A DNA stretch of 64,000 nucleotides, from positions 682,001-746,000 of the forward strand of contig MU058636.1 in the NCBI GenBank assembly GCA_013265495.1, in the 5' to 3' direction. The notes beneath the pieces were generated by a model. It searched no databases. It saw only the letters and a program-made list of their open reading frames with translations, and had not been told where the DNA came from. The translations under genes and the position numbers were made by a program. Each line of letters starts with the position of its first letter. Within the stretch, counting starts at the first letter, position 1. Shown in pieces: positions 1-64,000 of this stretch. The stretch comes from Vicugna vicugna (lineage: Eukaryota).

Positions 1-1380
1 TTCTTTCCTCATTGTGTTCATGTCTTTAAATCATTAAACATTTGTGTAACAGCTGTTTAAAATCCGTGTGTATTAATTCCATCATTGCCGTCAGTTCTGG
101 GTCTGCTTACATTGACTTACTTTTGTTCTGGTTCCGGGGATTAGATTTTCCTGCTTTGAATATCAAGTGTTTGGATGTTAGACACTGTGGCTGTTACATT
201 GTTAAGGTATCTGAATTTTGTTTTCTTCCACTAGAGGTGGGTTTTTGGTTTTGTTTTTCTTTGCTTTTTCTTTTTTTGCAGGCAGTGAAATTAGCCGTGG
301 ACCCCACTGACGCTTTAGAGGGTCGTTTCTAACCCTTGCCGAGACTAAGCCAAGCTTTGATGAAGTGAGATGAAGGCTTGGAGCAGCTCTGGCCCCAGTG
401 CCAGCTTAGCCTCACCATCAGGTAGGCCCTTGGGGGTCTCTGCGGAGGATCTCAAGTGCTCACCAAGCTCTTTCCACCCTGCTTGGTTAAAACCTGAATC
501 CTGCGGCAGCTCTGGGTACCGTTCAGCTCACATCCCTCTGGTAGTTTGTCTCTGCCAAATTCACCGAGGTTCACTCACCACATATGTAGGTTGTTACCAT
601 CCAGCTGTTCTCTCTACAGTCTCCCTATAGAAATGTCTACAATCCCTTTCTCAAGAGTACTTTACCTGGCTAATTCCAACTGCCTCGGCCTCCCCAGACT
701 TCAATCTCAGGGTCCTCAACTCAGTGAGAGTCCTGTGCTTTGCTTGGGTACCACTTCCCTGCACCATGGTCTGGAAAATGCCTCTGGACAGAAATCCTGG
801 GCGATAATATGGCTTACTTTGTTTGCTTCCTTTATCTTAGGGATTATAGCCCTTTGCCTAATGTCTGAAAACTTTTTTTCATACATTTTCCCAGTTTTCT
901 AATCGTTTTAAGCAGGAGAGCAAGCCTAGCATTAGTCACTACGTTATGACTGGAAGTAGAATCTCCCTGGAAATTTTTGTAAATAGCTCAATTGAAATTT
1001 AATCACCAATTCATCCATTTAAAGTGTTTAATGGTTTTCAATATATTCACAAATATGTGCAACTATGACTACAATTTTTTAATATGTTCATTGACTGAAA
1101 AAGAAACTTGTGTCCTTGAGCTATTAACCTTTGACCCCTTCATTTTTCCACCAGCCCTGAGCAGCCTCTAATTGACTTTATATCTGTAGATTTGCTTATG
1201 AATTTCTCGGGAATGGAACCATATTGTATGCGGCCCCTCATGACTGTCTTTTTCACTCTGCACACATAATGTTGTGCAGGTTGATCCACGTGGTGCGTGT
1301 CTCATCCTTTAATAGCTGAACAGCTCGCCATCGTGTGGACAGCCCACATTCCGTGTACCCATGTGTGGGTAACTTTCTGA
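1..1380 (-). mobile_element. Old L1 (L1M-type) fragments
   Basis: Degenerate L1 5'-region-like sequence followed by an L1MB-like 3' end (aattcatccatttaaagtgt...atattcacaaatatgtgcaact...tctgtagatttgc). Confidence 0.6.
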
Positions 1381-2489
1381 GATTTTAACTGGTCTTTCTC
1401 CCAATGTTTTCCTTGTTGCCTTATTTCCCCTCAAACAAGTATCAGGCTTTTTAGTTCATTTCCTCAAAGGAGTCACTTGGCAGCACAGAAAATAGAGGCC
1501 GCCTTCAAGAATCCTCCATCTTTGCTTTTAAAAACTAAGTAGAATTTGGTCTGAGAAAGGGGGCTCCACCCTGGACGAGAGGAGGGGTATGAAAGACATC
1601 TCCTTGTTCCTGCAAAGTGCACGGGGGAGACGATGTCTTCCAGGAGAGGAGTGACTTTGCTGGGGACGTTAGACCACAGGCGTAGGGATTCCAGCCTCCC
1701 CCGAGGGTTCCAGTTCCCCATACCTGACACAGAGCATCATAAAGTTGCCAGACCAAAGGAAACCATGTGTCTTAATGGTGACCTCTGTGGGCAGATGACA
1801 GAAGAATGGAGCTTCCCAGCGCTTCACAGCGTCCAAAACCCTGGAAAGGTGGTGCACACCTAAGGCAGAGCCACAGGGGTGACTGGTGCTGATTCTCCAC
1901 CAGCCCTAATGTGGGGGGGTCAGAGGGAGGTTAATGAGTTATGGCAATTCTTCCACACCTGGTTTTGAGGCCCAAGATTAGTCTATGCTGCACTCACTGT
2001 CTGAATTCACTGCAATCAAGAATACTGTGCACATTTCATATACATAACATATAACTCAAAAATGACAGGATATTGCACTTAAACAATGTTTCGTATGCTG
2101 CCTGGGCCCTTATTCTGTGAGCTTTCAAAAGATAAAGTTTCCATGTGATCCCTTTCCAATTAAGCAAAACAAGCTTATTCAGCAACATGACATCCTTTAC
2201 CTTTTTCCCCCCAAAACAACGTGTACCAAAGTTTAACTTTTGGTGATACATAGTGCTTTTTAGTTTTCTACTTCAGAATGAACTGATAAAGCTCTCACAG
2301 AAACAGAAAAATAAATTATGTAAAACACTGAAGACAAATTAAGAAAAAGCAAGCAGGGTTCCCCATTATTTATACCCAAGGATCGTGACTCAATCGATAC
2401 ATAAAGAACAGACCGTCCAGAGCCCCAAGAGTGAGAGTCGGGGGGCGGCTCACTGCAGCGGCCTCGGGGAAGGATGCGCAGCCCAGGCC

Positions 2490-63652
<61,163 letters not shown>

Positions 63653-63759
63653 CTGCAAGAAAGATATTACCTGGTCAAGCTTCCAGTGATCAGGGAGAAG
63701 CAGAGAATTTGAAAACAAAATCCAGAAGCGTCTCAGAGGCTGAGGGACAGTGAAGTCCT

Positions 63760-64000
63760 CCGCTGTCCCTACCTGCCCTGCCCTGGCCTCCTTGCTGAGC
63801 GTATCACCTCCCCTCCCTCCCTGCTTGCTGTGGCTCCCCTGCCTCTTACTTCCTGACACTTGAACTTGCGCCTTCCTCTGCCTGGAATACTCTCCCCTTC
63901 CCCTCCTCAGTCTCTGCCTAACTCACCTTGGGTAGAGAGAGCACCCCTGCCCATCACTCTGTTCCCTTTATCCTGCTAGTTTCTCTCCATAGCACTTGTC
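63760..64000 (+). mobile_element. L2 fragment
   Basis: ccttcctctgcctggaatactctcccc...ctcagtctctgc...tttctctccatagcactt. Confidence 0.6.

Noticed and set aside
1300..2489. Poly(A) site of the gene
   Set aside because: No clear AATAAA found on the minus strand near the stop, only weak variants, so the 3' UTR end is not called.

Overview
Mammalian genomic DNA, probably camelid (Vic-1-like tRNA SINEs and camelid-type L1 3' ends; inference from remembered consensus sequences). The minus strand carries the last 16 coding exons (63652 down to 2490) of a P4-ATPase phospholipid flippase of the ATP8A family. All introns are GT-AG, exon phases fit, and the joined frame (1724 nt, about 574 aa) is open to a TGA at 2490-2492. 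Exon sizes match what I recall for human ATP8A2 exons 22-37. However, the protein is only about two-thirds identical to ATP8A2 where I compared it by eye, the introns are much shorter, and the C-terminal tail is partly rewritten. It therefore looks like an intact, divergent ATP8A2-like paralog rather than the orthologue. The introns are full of L1, L2, MIR, LTR and DNA-transposon remnants. Notable ones are a TSD-bounded 3-kb L1 lacking nearly all of ORF2, a young L1 nested in an old L1, and a near-perfect 218-bp tandem duplication. Most long ORFs in the supplied track are spurious or repeat-derived. Repeat family names and boundaries are by eye and approximate.
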